NCBI GenBank assembly: GCA_963776275.1
Contig: CAVZMI010000029.1
Location: forward strand, 23,123 to 87,122
Reading direction: 5' to 3'
Source of the DNA: Ignavibacteriota bacterium
GTDB taxonomy: Bacteria > Bacteroidota > Ignavibacteria > UBA10030 > CAVZMI01
DNA length: 64,000 bases
Shown: one piece after another, positions 8,513-18,800 of the stretch
Layout: every line of letters begins with the position of its first letter
Numbering within the stretch: position 1 is the first letter of the stretch
Translations under genes and position numbers: made by a program
The notes under the pieces: generated by a model
Database searches by the model: none
What the model was told of the DNA's origin: nothing
Seen by the model: the letters and a program-made list of their open reading frames with translations, nothing else

Positions 8513-10624
8513 TTATGATGTCGGAGCTTTTATCAATCCGTGGGCTCCACCTAATGCATGGAGATCGTTGATTAAGGCCATAAGCGCTTGATTGAATTCT
8601 GTCTGTGTAGATTCATCGGTCAATACGTCTCTATTGAGTGTCCCGGTCGGTAATCCCCAGCCAGCCTTTGATGCGCCAATCAGTTTGTCCCAGTTTGCAG
8701 TAAATATACCTCCCGTATTGGCAAGCATTATATAGCTGGCATATATTTCTCCCCATGAAGCACCACTTCCAGCTACACACAATCCAGTACCACTCGCCTT
8801 TCCAATCCGAGGATATGAGCTCGAACGATCAAAAAACAATTGATCTGGTACAAACATTGAATTTCCATTATTAGTATCAATGCCAAAAATCTTGTTGCCG
8901 TCCATATCCGTCACATCAAACCATCTCTTAACCATTAAAGAAACCGCAGATCCGACAGCTTTCAAATATACTACTGGATCCGCCATATCTGAACCCAAAA
9001 GAGCGATGAAATTCTTAAATATTGCTTGGTCGGACCTAATGTTTTTTGATAGAATCTCAAACACGTTATTCCATACTCCCATTTTTTGCATGAGAATTGA
9101 AGCTCTCCATGTATCTGCCGCTGCGGCAAGATGCGTCCCGTCTCCATTCCAGCCGAGTCGAACAAGTTCCTCATAACTCTTACATGAAGGGAAACTATCA
9201 TGGTAAAACAAATCATGAGTATCCGCATGCGCTTTAAGAATAGCATTGGATTCTTTTGTCACGGCATTATTATCTTCTGACCAAACCGGAGAAGTACCTA
9301 TCAAACACCAATCCATATTGGGACAGGCAGTCAAAAATTTCTGATAAGTACTTTCGAGGGCATCTGCCCATCCCTCGATAGGATCCTTCCACTCCATATA
9401 CATGAGATCAAAATTCATTTCAGAAAAATAAGTCTGGAAGAAATCAGGATCTATTGCGTCCCATTGAGTAAGATCAGCACCCGAGCCAGCCGAAATGCTT
9501 AATTCTACTCCGGAATTTTTTGTAGATCTGATGTAACCACGTAACGATCTCACTATACCGGTGAGACCTACAATTCTTACTTGATGCTGACCTGTCTCTT
9601 CGTATGGTATTGTAATAGTTTTGAGTTCTATGTCACCGTCTGCATCCACATTCGTGTAATCCTCGATATCTTCCCATGTTCCTTGACCTTGACCCGAAAC
9701 AGTTTTGGTTTGCAGTTTAAACGTACCGGCATCGGGTTCTTGTATGTAAAATATTACAATTTCATCAGCATATTCCCCCCCACCATCGATGACAGTTCCT
9801 CCTTCGGGAATATAATAATATCCTCCAGACGAAGGATCGTCCGTCTTCCATTCAGCTCCATTTTCTGCACAATTTTGTGGAGTGGCTCCTTCCAACTTAC
9901 CATAGGCCTTTTGAACTAAATTATTTATGTAATTCGGAAGACGATTTCCTATTGAATCTCCCCAGACTGCTACTCTCAGCTGAGATGGAACCGGCGGATC
10001 TTCCGGATCTCCTGCTGCTTCCTTTTCACGTGCTATTTCCATCGCATGCAATTTTTGCCAGACGTTTCTGAATTGCGGGATCGGTGGAGTAGATACATTG
10101 GCCACTTCATCTTCCAGTGTTCCTATGTCTGTAGTGTGCTCGCCGACTGTTGTCTGTAAGCTTCCTATATCTGTAGTATGTCCACCGACTGTACTCTGCA
10201 AAGTTCCTATATCCTCACCCTGTGCGGCAACCGTCTCTTCTATGCCTTCTAACTCTACGCCTCCCAGATTTTCAATCTGGCTGGTATGTGTGTCGACTGT
10301 CTCCTGCAAAGTTTTAAGCGCTGCTATGGATGGCGATGAAATAAGTAAGTATCTTTTGCCCTTCGTGCGGTGTGGGCTGGCGGTTGTAATATCACTTCCT
10401 CGTTGCCCGAAAGTTAAAACTTTCCCGACTTTCACCGATATCACCCCATCCTCAATCTCAGGATCAAGAAAGGGAGAATGGATATACTCTTCATTGATGA
10501 TCCAGTACGGAAAAGGCGCCGCCGGCAGCCCTGATGCATCGAGCACCTCGCATATAGTAGCACTCTGAGTAATCCCGCTCTTCAAATATGCGGCCGCTAA
10601 TTCCTTTTTATTTTTAAGTGCCAT
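8513..10624 (-). CDS. tail fibre/tailspike with an SGNH (GDSL-type) esterase domain
   Basis: Probable start at ATG 10624 (MALKNKKEL), with GAGGTG 4 nt upstream. The track start at 10699 adds 25 implausible residues. Coiled repeats GTLQSTVGGHTTDIGSLQTTVGEHTTDIGTLEDEV. SGNH block I VAVWGDSIGN and block V GDGTHL. Confidence 0.6.
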   Translation of the reverse strand: MALKNKKELAAAYLKSGITQSATICEVLDASGLPAAPFPYWIINEEYIHSPFLDPEIEDGVISVKVGKVLTFGQRGSDITTASPHRTKGKRYLLISSPSIAALKTLQETVDTHTSQIENLGGVELEGIEETVAAQGEDIGTLQSTVGGHTTDIGSLQTTVGEHTTDIGTLEDEVANVSTPPIPQFRNVWQKLHAMEIAREKEAAGDPEDPPVPSQLRVAVWGDSIGNRLPNYINNLVQKAYGKLEGATPQNCAENGAEWKTDDPSSGGYYYIPEGGTVIDGGGEYADEIVIFYIQEPDAGTFKLQTKTVSGQGQGTWEDIEDYTNVDADGDIELKTITIPYEETGQHQVRIVGLTGIVRSLRGYIRSTKNSGVELSISAGSGADLTQWDAIDPDFFQTYFSEMNFDLMYMEWKDPIEGWADALESTYQKFLTACPNMDWCLIGTSPVWSEDNNAVTKESNAILKAHADTHDLFYHDSFPSCKSYEELVRLGWNGDGTHLAAAADTWRASILMQKMGVWNNVFEILSKNIRSDQAIFKNFIALLGSDMADPVVYLKAVGSAVSLMVKRWFDVTDMDGNKIFGIDTNNGNSMFVPDQLFFDRSSSYPRIGKASGTGLCVAGSGASWGEIYASYIMLANTGGIFTANWDKLIGASKAGWGLPTGTLNRDVLTDESTQTEFNQALMALINDLHALGGAHGLIKAPTS

Positions 10625-10740
10625 CTCACACCTCGTCTCAACAATAGTTAAAAAAATAAACTGAAAAATTAGAAACAGGCGACTTCTCCTCCCCCACAAC
10701 CAACTCTCTAAAAGAAACCGCCTGTTCCAGCACTGATGAT

Positions 10741-11229
10741 TTATTTCCGGCTTCTTCGTGCCATTTTTCCGTGTTCCTTAAGCTCCGATTTTTTCACATA
10801 GTTTTCAGCAAGATTCAATTTTAACTCTCCGATTTCTTTCATAATCTCTTCCTTGCTATCGATCATCACCGTCTTCACTTCGTCGAAGCGGTTCACATAA
10901 TTTTTTTCTATATTGTCTACTATCCCCGAGACAATATTAACTCTATCAGTGAGTTCTTTAAATCTATCCCTCTCGAATTGGCATCCTGCCGATATTGTTG
11001 CGACCAGTTTTTCACATTCCCTCATCCTATCCCAGAGTCCTTGAGCATCGCCCAAAGTCTTCTTTAAATTTTCCAATTCAGTATTGATTGAAGCAACTGA
11101 GGTTACCGCAGTTTCGAGATCGGAAATTTTCTTGAGTGTTATTTTCGCAGCAAGAACAAATACTGCCGACATTAGCAGCATAAATATTCCAAGAATGACA
11201 CTAAATGCATTCATCTCCATCGGATCCAC
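10741..11229 (-). CDS. membrane-anchored coiled-coil protein
   Basis: 162 aa. N-terminal transmembrane segment (FSVILGIFMLLMSAVFVLAA) followed by heptad-like sequence. Confidence 0.45.
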   Translation of the reverse strand: MDPMEMNAFSVILGIFMLLMSAVFVLAAKITLKKISDLETAVTSVASINTELENLKKTLGDAQGLWDRMRECEKLVATISAGCQFERDRFKELTDRVNIVSGIVDNIEKNYVNRFDEVKTVMIDSKEEIMKEIGELKLNLAENYVKKSELKEHGKMARRSRK

Positions 11230-11248
11230 CTTTCTCTACTTATTGGGT

Positions 11249-11680
11249 TTATGCTGATGGTTGAGGGAATTTTCCGCTGTCTACAATTATGCGGACAATA
11301 TCTTCCTTCTTCTTAATCTTGGGTGGAAGTACGATATCGAGACTTGTCGCGAGCTGTTTGAGTTCATCGACTTCCTTGCTCCCCAATTCTGATATCTGCC
11401 GCTGTTTGATTTCTTCTGCGGTGATATCGGTCGTCTGTGGGATATCATCAGGTTCACCATGTTCCTGAGTTAAATTGGTGTCTATCGTACCACCTTCGAT
11501 GCCCGTCGGCGCCACTATTTCACCCTTCGCCACGACTTCAGTATAACCTTTCACCCTGAGTAATTTCTCGGCCATTTTGTCGCTAACTTCGGCATTTCCC
11601 AGTGCATCGAACGTCACCGGTCCAAGCGATGTTCTGGTTGTCGATTTTTTCTGAAAACTGCAATGTATGATGCGTCCCAT
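11249..11680 (-). CDS. hypothetical head-associated protein with a Rho-N/SAP-like C-terminal motif
   Basis: 143 aa, immediately downstream of the capsid gene. Contains ELKQLATSLDIVLPPKIKKKEDIVRII. Confidence 0.4.
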   Translation of the reverse strand: MGRIIHCSFQKKSTTRTSLGPVTFDALGNAEVSDKMAEKLLRVKGYTEVVAKGEIVAPTGIEGGTIDTNLTQEHGEPDDIPQTTDITAEEIKQRQISELGSKEVDELKQLATSLDIVLPPKIKKKEDIVRIIVDSGKFPQPSA

Positions 11681-11768
11681 GTTCTATCCTTTCATTAAAA
11701 AGGGGTGAATGGGATTCCTTATCACCCACTCACCCCTCTCCCAATTAAGAAAAGTTTATTTGTTATGG

Positions 11769-13283
11769 TTAGCTGCGGACAATGCTTCCGACATTCCTTA
11801 ATACAACAATCTTCTTCGGATTGTACACGAGCAGCGCACCATACACACGCTGAATCCATCGGATTGCATCAGCTGTCGGGCCGAGGGGGAATAATGCGGC
11901 ATCGAGCAGCTGGTGATATGCCAGTACCTGATCCGTATCCCAATCGACCAGGAACATATAACCAGTATCCGGAATATACGTTCCATCATCATAGAATGCG
12001 GAGCCTGCCGGCGCAGTGAATAGATAGCGATATGCTGTCGGACTGGAATCCGTATGCAACCGTCGATATACTTCGAAGGCCGTAGCCGTCAATCCCGATC
12101 CGGATCCGCCATCGACGACCGTGAACTTCATTTTTTCACCGTCTTCGACCGTGATGTTTTGAATATGAGCATCTTCCGATGGCGTTGACTTATGGCCGAA
12201 CCTGTTTACAGCCACAATGCACCAATCATAGACTCCACCATCCAACCGCGAAGATGCATCGGAAACGGGCTCCGTATTTATTACCGGTGTTTCACCTCCA
12301 ACACTTGGCGTGATTGTCGGGACTGCGGGTGGTGTCGAACCCAGGGCCACAAAAGCATTATTATCACGATTCCGTCGCGGATATTTCCGTGGATTTAAGA
12401 AAATATCTTTACGAATTGGAGCTTCACCATCGTCATGAATAATGAGATTTGCTTTCAGTCCTTCGATCTCTGCATCGCGTTCACTTTTTATGCCGCCACC
12501 GACAACATAACGTTTGTCCTTCAGCAAAGTTGCTTTGTACTGATTCTTCGCAAACGGTGAAAGATAACAACGAACATTGCCCGTAAAACCTGTGATGTTT
12601 TCCAGGACCTGAATACCCTGGTTGAAATCTTCCAGCCGTGGCTGATAACCACGCAGATCTTGGATATGACCTGTCGATTCACTCAATCCGGCCTGAATGA
12701 CAGCTGACAGCAATCCATTGTATTCTGTGGAAACCAATGTCTTGTCCCCGAAATAAGAAAGGATATCGAGCTTTCGTTTGATGGCCAACATTTTTGATCT
12801 GATTTCACGTTCACGCGCCGGCGCCAGCGGTCGAACTGCGAGCATTGGATTCGAAACCTGACCTACAGAACCGACGTACTTGATCAATTCATATCGCCGG
12901 CTGTAGTAATCGTCTTCCGACGCCGGAAGTCCACCTTCACCAAACGTAAATGCTTCCCCGATCCCATCGACCGTGGAATACTCTTCGACCGTGGATTCGG
13001 CTTTCTTTTTGTCCTTCAGTAGATCATTGATTAGTGTGGTTGATTCCTCGGTGTACGTTAGATTCTTGAGGTTCGGCTCAAGACTCTCGATACGCAGCGC
13101 CCCACCACCCGTCTGCGTGTCGGGACCGGTACCATAACCGGCTTCTAACGCTTTACGAAGTTCGGCCAGTGGATTTTGAGCCTTAATGATGTCGGCAAAA
13201 CCGACAACCTCGCCTAAACCCTCCGCGCCTCTCCCGGATCCTGCGACATCTTCAATATCACCAGGATAAAATAATTCGTCCAT
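11769..13283 (-). CDS. putative major capsid protein
   Basis: 504 aa, directly downstream of the protease-scaffold gene. GGGGAG SD 5 nt upstream of the ATG. The N-terminal motif EAGYGTGPDTQTGGGALRIESLE is shared with the protease-scaffold protein. Confidence 0.55.
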   Translation of the reverse strand: MDELFYPGDIEDVAGSGRGAEGLGEVVGFADIIKAQNPLAELRKALEAGYGTGPDTQTGGGALRIESLEPNLKNLTYTEESTTLINDLLKDKKKAESTVEEYSTVDGIGEAFTFGEGGLPASEDDYYSRRYELIKYVGSVGQVSNPMLAVRPLAPAREREIRSKMLAIKRKLDILSYFGDKTLVSTEYNGLLSAVIQAGLSESTGHIQDLRGYQPRLEDFNQGIQVLENITGFTGNVRCYLSPFAKNQYKATLLKDKRYVVGGGIKSERDAEIEGLKANLIIHDDGEAPIRKDIFLNPRKYPRRNRDNNAFVALGSTPPAVPTITPSVGGETPVINTEPVSDASSRLDGGVYDWCIVAVNRFGHKSTPSEDAHIQNITVEDGEKMKFTVVDGGSGSGLTATAFEVYRRLHTDSSPTAYRYLFTAPAGSAFYDDGTYIPDTGYMFLVDWDTDQVLAYHQLLDAALFPLGPTADAIRWIQRVYGALLVYNPKKIVVLRNVGSIVRS

Positions 13284-13355
13284 AACTACTCCCCTGACTT
13301 ATGTGATAGAAAAAGTTAATTCGTCTCCACCCGCCCCTCGCGGGATATGAAATAC

Positions 13356-14852
13356 TTAGCTCGTTGTGAGGTGTGCTACCAGCTCATCCTGAATCGATTT
13401 CGATAACGCAACGATCCCCCTCTCCCGCATCATTGTCTGTGCAGCGAAATATTCGCGGCTCTTTTGTATATCTTTCTCCGCAGCACCACGATCCACCAAA
13501 TAATTCTCAACCCGGATCGATGACAATGATTTCAGAAGCGCAATACCTTTCGGTGCACCATCATCGGTGTCCGCGCCTTCTGTATTCACCGAGCCTTTGT
13601 CAATGAGGCTGATCCCAGCCTGGCTCTTTTTCAAGCCGACTTCAACCCGCGCTACCTGCTCATTGGTTGCATCAATCCCTTCTTCGAGCGTCGATACGCG
13701 GATATCTATACTCTTGAGAATATTCGTAATCTCCGAGAGCCCCACGGCAATCGAGCCGATTGATTTCGCAAGTTCCATCTGTCCTTCCCGGACCATAGCT
13801 GCCACCGATGATGTGACCTTACCCACTATGCCGATGAACTTCGCGGCATCGATCTCTTTGCTCTCGTCCATTATCGCGATCGATTTCTTGATCTCGGCAT
13901 CGGCCGACGCCACTTCGACCGAACGTTGTTCCAGGTTCGTCACGAAAATCGTGAGACCATCAACCGATTTTTTAAAATTCTCGATGGCCGCTCCCAGACT
14001 CTTCTCGACGGCCGTGTTGCAATCGGCACGTGCCTGGGACTTTTCTGCGAAATGCTCTTCCACTGCCTTCAGAGCATCGGCATGATTCTTCCCTTGCTTA
14101 CGGAAGGCTTCATATGCTTCTTGGCGTGAACTAAATTTTCCCATTTTAGATTTCTCCCCTGACTTTGAATGTTTATTTGAATTTGCACCTTCTAAACTTT
14201 CTTTTCGAAGAGCCCCACCCCCTGTTTGTGAATCCGGATTAGTTCCGTACCCGGCTTCCATCGATTTCACGAGAGCCAAATTCGATTTTTGCGCTTGCTC
14301 CATATATGTGGTTACTTCCTGCGGATTCGGTGTTACGACAACATTGATGACCTTACCCGCATAATCCCCATTTTTTAATCTCTTTGTATATTTTCCCTCA
14401 ATGGAAAAACCAATGGTGCGTTGATTGTTTGGGAATTTTGTATTGTGCTCTCGGAGGGCTTTGATCAACTTGACAACTTTCTGGGCATTGTCCATCTGCG
14501 GGAAGAGAGCCCCAATAAGATGCTCTTCACTGTCATTGATGCGATAACGTTTTAAAGGAGCTCCGATGATATTGTCGGGATCCGGACGAACGACGGTCGT
14601 TACTGTTCCGGATTTTGTAATCGTAGTCTCGATCGGATCATGTTCATATTTCACAAAACCATTCTTGTCAAAATAGGACCAGTCCATTTCTGGGATGATG
14701 GGTCTTTCACCCGATACATCTCTCACACGATTGAGCATCCGACCTTTGATGATATAATCATCATCCGGTACATGAATGCCCAGCTCTGACTTTTGCAGAG
14801 GCATATCGAAATCGAAAAATGCAGCTATTTTGAAGCTGTCACCTATTTTCAT
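13356..14852 (-). CDS. prohead protease fused to a scaffold-like coiled-coil region
   Basis: 498 aa. The N-terminal roughly 190 aa carry HK97-type prohead protease-like motifs (VKYEHDP, TIGFSIEG). The C-terminal half is A/E/K-rich and helical. Sits upstream of the capsid gene. Confidence 0.55.
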   Translation of the reverse strand: MKIGDSFKIAAFFDFDMPLQKSELGIHVPDDDYIIKGRMLNRVRDVSGERPIIPEMDWSYFDKNGFVKYEHDPIETTITKSGTVTTVVRPDPDNIIGAPLKRYRINDSEEHLIGALFPQMDNAQKVVKLIKALREHNTKFPNNQRTIGFSIEGKYTKRLKNGDYAGKVINVVVTPNPQEVTTYMEQAQKSNLALVKSMEAGYGTNPDSQTGGGALRKESLEGANSNKHSKSGEKSKMGKFSSRQEAYEAFRKQGKNHADALKAVEEHFAEKSQARADCNTAVEKSLGAAIENFKKSVDGLTIFVTNLEQRSVEVASADAEIKKSIAIMDESKEIDAAKFIGIVGKVTSSVAAMVREGQMELAKSIGSIAVGLSEITNILKSIDIRVSTLEEGIDATNEQVARVEVGLKKSQAGISLIDKGSVNTEGADTDDGAPKGIALLKSLSSIRVENYLVDRGAAEKDIQKSREYFAAQTMMRERGIVALSKSIQDELVAHLTTS

Positions 14853-14906
14853 CCGAAAATCTGCTCCATTTATGAAATTGTGTAATCGAAATGTATTTAT
14901 TTGTCC

Positions 14907-14929
14907 GGTAATTATTACCGCGATAATGG
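14907..14929 (-). promoter_or_regulatory. conserved palindromic motif, copy A (GGTAATTATTACCGCGATAATGG on the plus strand)
   Basis: Matches 3355-3377 at 22 of 23 positions. Lies 55-77 nt upstream of the protease-scaffold ATG and overlaps the stop of the HTH gene. Confidence 0.45.
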
Positions 14930-15241
14930 CTTTTTTGAAGATATCACTCTTCGGGGATGATGATCGTAATAATGCTTGATATCATTGGCGATGGTCTTCG
15001 TCGATACTCCCAGACGGTGTGCTATCTCATTCTGATTCTCACCGTTGAAGAGTTCTTGAACCACACGCCGGCGATGATGGAGGATATATGGCCTGAAACA
15101 AACTACTCCTTTCCGAATGTTAAGAACCTTCGAGAGTCTTACTAAGAAATGGTATCTTTTCTCTGGATCGGTGATTATTGTACTAATCACTTCTTCGACA
15201 CTCTCGCACGATTCCAGCGTATCATCGGAGTACTTCGGCAT
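14915..15241 (-). CDS. small HTH DNA-binding protein (sigma-70 region-4/LuxR-like helix-turn-helix)
   Basis: 108 aa. Contains ENQNEIAHRLGVSTKTIANDIKHY. Sits immediately upstream of the head protease gene and of motif copy A. Confidence 0.5.
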   Translation of the reverse strand: MPKYSDDTLESCESVEEVISTIITDPEKRYHFLVRLSKVLNIRKGVVCFRPYILHHRRRVVQELFNGENQNEIAHRLGVSTKTIANDIKHYYDHHPRRVISSKKPLSR

Positions 15242-15253
15242 ATCTTCCTTTCA

Positions 15254-15304
15254 AGAAATAAAAATACCTCGCCGCGAATATCTGTTCTATTATTCGCAAC
15301 GAGG
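15254..15304 (-). terminator. putative intrinsic terminator
   Basis: On the minus strand: CCTCG-ttg-CGAATA, a 10-nt loop, TATTCG-cgg-CGAGG, then TATTTTTATTTCTT. Lies after the 141-aa ORF. Confidence 0.45.
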
Positions 15305-15396
15305 TTCACTCGTTGACTCCGTTGAAGCTGTTCAGTATTTGATTACTATTGGATCAATCCATTCTTATCCATTCTGTTGATTGCTGTTGACTTTTT

Positions 15397-15822
15397 TCAA
15401 TCGAGATATCCGATACCTGGGATATATAATCGATCTTCTCCCTTTTCATCCTGTATCTGGTGCGGATTATCGGCACCAAGCCCATATTCATTTGATCGTA
15501 TATCTAAATACATTTGTGCCGCTGCCCAATTCAAAAGATCTGTCCCATAATCATAACGCTTCTTTATTTCTTCATCAGCTCCGAACACATCTTCCCCACC
15601 GCACATATCGACATATTCACGATATGGACGTGGTGCGTGTACTTTAAGTACTGATGCCAAATTCCACCAATAAGGACCGTAATTTTTCCAGAAATCGGGT
15701 AACTGTTTTTTAAGAGTCTCGATCAGTTTCGGTGTAACACGCTGTAAAAATCCTGATTCCGTATCATTCTTCAATACTTCCAGGGCCTCTTCCTCTACAA
15801 CTTGTTTTTCGAACATGCTCAC
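15397..15822 (-). CDS. hypothetical protein
   Basis: 141-aa ORF downstream of the SNF2 gene. No motif recognised. Confidence 0.45.
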   Translation of the reverse strand: MSMFEKQVVEEEALEVLKNDTESGFLQRVTPKLIETLKKQLPDFWKNYGPYWWNLASVLKVHAPRPYREYVDMCGGEDVFGADEEIKKRYDYGTDLLNWAAAQMYLDIRSNEYGLGADNPHQIQDEKGEDRLYIPGIGYLD

Positions 15823-15841
15823 CTCAATGTTATTTCAATTG

Positions 15842-18800
15842 TCATTCCTGGTCTTCTGTATTCTCTTCTTCTGGAACTTCTTCTTCCGTTGATGGCCATT
15901 GCCACCCGAATACCTCGTTCGCAAAATTAACTTCTTTTGGCATGGGTGGTTTATAATGACGATTTCTCCCTGCCCATATCTTTCTATATTCTGTCCGCTC
16001 TTTCTGAGCAATGTCCAAAATATCCTTCATCCATCGCCTAATATCTAATGGCCAATAAATATCATCCTTCGAGTATGTCGGTGGAAGATTTTCTGTTTGC
16101 CCTGTTCTACGATTATACTCCTCTTTTGGTTCAAAATCACTCCTTGCAGCAATTTTTACTCCTCCGGTTTTATGATCAATGACCGGTATGTCATCAACAT
16201 CATTTTCTTCAAGTATTTTGAATATATTTTCTTTCTTATTCGTGATCGTATCAGGTTGAAGTAATCTAACCTGCCTCCAATTTTTTATGCTGTCGTAAAG
16301 CTTCCTCTCAACTTCATCACTATGCACCGCTGGAGTTGATATCCCACTCTTGAAGAATGATTTGAATTCATTAAAACCAACATTGCTTATCTCTCCGGGT
16401 GATGGATTGGCATGATCGTATTCTCTTTGCTCGCCCTCAATAATTTTTTCTATTTTCACACGCCGATTGACCGGATCAACAGAAACGAATCGATATAATC
16501 CATGCTTCTCCCAATTACCTCCGTTTCGAGTAAAATATCTACCTACTGGTACTACAATTCGCCGATCGGCGTCGACATATGCCGGTTCATCCGATTCCAG
16601 AAGGCCTTTATATTCAAATTGCTCATTGTTCTGTAGTAGTTGTCTTGTATAGGTTATACGTTCCTGTAGCTGCTTGCCGAGTTCATCAGACTTTTCTTCC
16701 GGCTTCATCTTTTTATACTGGATCAAGAGATTCTGATATTGATTGAATGCAGACAATCCTCTCTTTTGCATTTCCTCTCGGTTCTTCTCAATCTGTGTTT
16801 TATTCTCTGCATCTACTTTTAGGCGCTCGGCTTCGGGATCATCGGAAAGCATCACCTGTAGTTCCTGCGGTGAAAAGCTTCTTCCGGAATTCTCATTCTT
16901 CGCTTCATCTGCTGTACCATTCCACAGATCCCATTGCCAGCCTTTCTTTCGATTGATCGCGTCAAAGAAAAATCCGTCAAATGTCCCATGTGTCATATAA
17001 TAATTTATATCGACCATTTCCCTCTTGTTCCCTTGCCGAACTCCTCGACCGTTGCGCTGTTCGATCGCTGCCGGCGTCCATGGTAAGGTAAGATGATTAA
17101 CGGCGCTTGTTTCTACCTGGAAATTCATACCTTCGGCCATTGTACTGTTGCCAATAACAACTTTGTATTTTCCACTGTTGTATTCTTCCGACATATGCTG
17201 TCTGTTCGATGAACTCCCGGCGGTATCAGCGTTGATTATGAGGATATCTTTCTCTGGAATACCGGCCTTAATTAATTCATTTTTGAGTTCTTTTTGTATC
17301 GCCTTAAATTCCGCAAATATCAATTGCTTTTCACCCGTCTTATAAATTCTTAAAGTATCTTCCACGCTTTCTTTCATCTTCGGACTTACACCCTCTTCTT
17401 CTACCTCTTTGCTGGTCAATTCTGGACGGTGTTCGCTTCCTTCCTCCATCAACAGTTTAATAGAAATTGCTGCCTTCTGCATATCTGAGAGAATCGAAAA
17501 AATATGATCACCACTTTCCTTCCGTTCTTCTTCGGTCATTGCCAACAACTCTCGAGCACGTTCTCTAAGATCATTATATACTCTTTTTTGTAATGTTGTC
17601 ATGTTGCTTGTGTTAAAATGCGGATCCGGTTGAGGGACCTTCAATCCTACATCCTGAGCTCGGCGCATGTCGGTATATCGCATGAAGATTGTTCGTAATT
17701 CTGGTAAGGCTTTGAAACCGGTCAAAGCTGGCCGCGGTTTTATCTCTCCACTGATATCTGCAATATCCAGAGTCTCTACATTACCGAAAGTATCGAAGAA
17801 GTCTTGCATGTTAAAAATATTTCGGCGATCGTATTCTTCAGGAGCAATATATTGAAGCATGTTATATGCTTCCAATGGATTATTCACTGTCGGTGTTGCC
17901 GTCAAGAAAAATACATTCTTTCCATTATTCTTTTCTCGAATGAACTGCGACGCAACATACATTCGCATCGATCGCTGTACGTCCGGCTGTGTCATTGCCC
18001 ATTTAATCGGCCGCCCGACAAGGCCAAAAAGATTCCGATAACTATGAGCTTCATCGGCGAACAACGCATCCACACCCAACTGGTCAAAATATATGGTTTC
18101 TACTTTCTCGTGGCCGGCTTTTACTCGACCCATGATTGCCCGTTCTATATTAGCTTTGGCGACTTCCACATCCCGGGCTGTGGCTTCCGCATTTGAACGT
18201 ATGATGTGTCGATGCACTACATCGTCCAGAGTCCGTTGCAATATCTCCGGACTGAATGACATCATGTCAAATTTATCCCGAGTAATCAGAACAATATCAT
18301 AATCATTCTGAGCGACCTGTTGTAATTTTCGTTGAACTTCCTCAAATGTATCTTCATTCCATTGGATTTTGCCTTTTACATCAAGTTGTAATGTTTCATT
18401 TTTATCCTTTTTCTCATGCATCCCTATGATCATGATCTTCCGTTTTTTATTTCCGGAAAAGACATTGATCTCACTCACCCAATTCGCCAGGACGCTTTTC
18501 GGTACTACGATCATCGGTTTCTTCGCTATTCCCCTTTCCTTCAAAAGATAGGCCGTGGCAATCGCGGCAAAAGTCTTGCCCAATCCGGTCCCATAAGCCA
18601 GGATGCCTCGTCCCACATCAAGCATTCTCCGGATAGCTGAATAATGGTATCGATTCAATGAAAATCCATCGTCCATTTTATCGATCGGGATGGGAGTATC
18701 GTCATACTCCTCTTTCACATAGTTGTTAAACTTTCGATTATAGGTATTCTCGAACTCTTGCCTTTTCGGATGAACTGCTAACCAGCTCCGGAAACGTTCT

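Noticed and set aside
13328-13342. Hairpin CCCGC-CCCTC-GCGGG between the protease-scaffold and capsid genes, considered as a terminator.
   Set aside because: The stem is only 5 bp and no T-tract follows on the coding strand. At most it is a weak pause or processing structure, and there is not enough evidence to annotate it.
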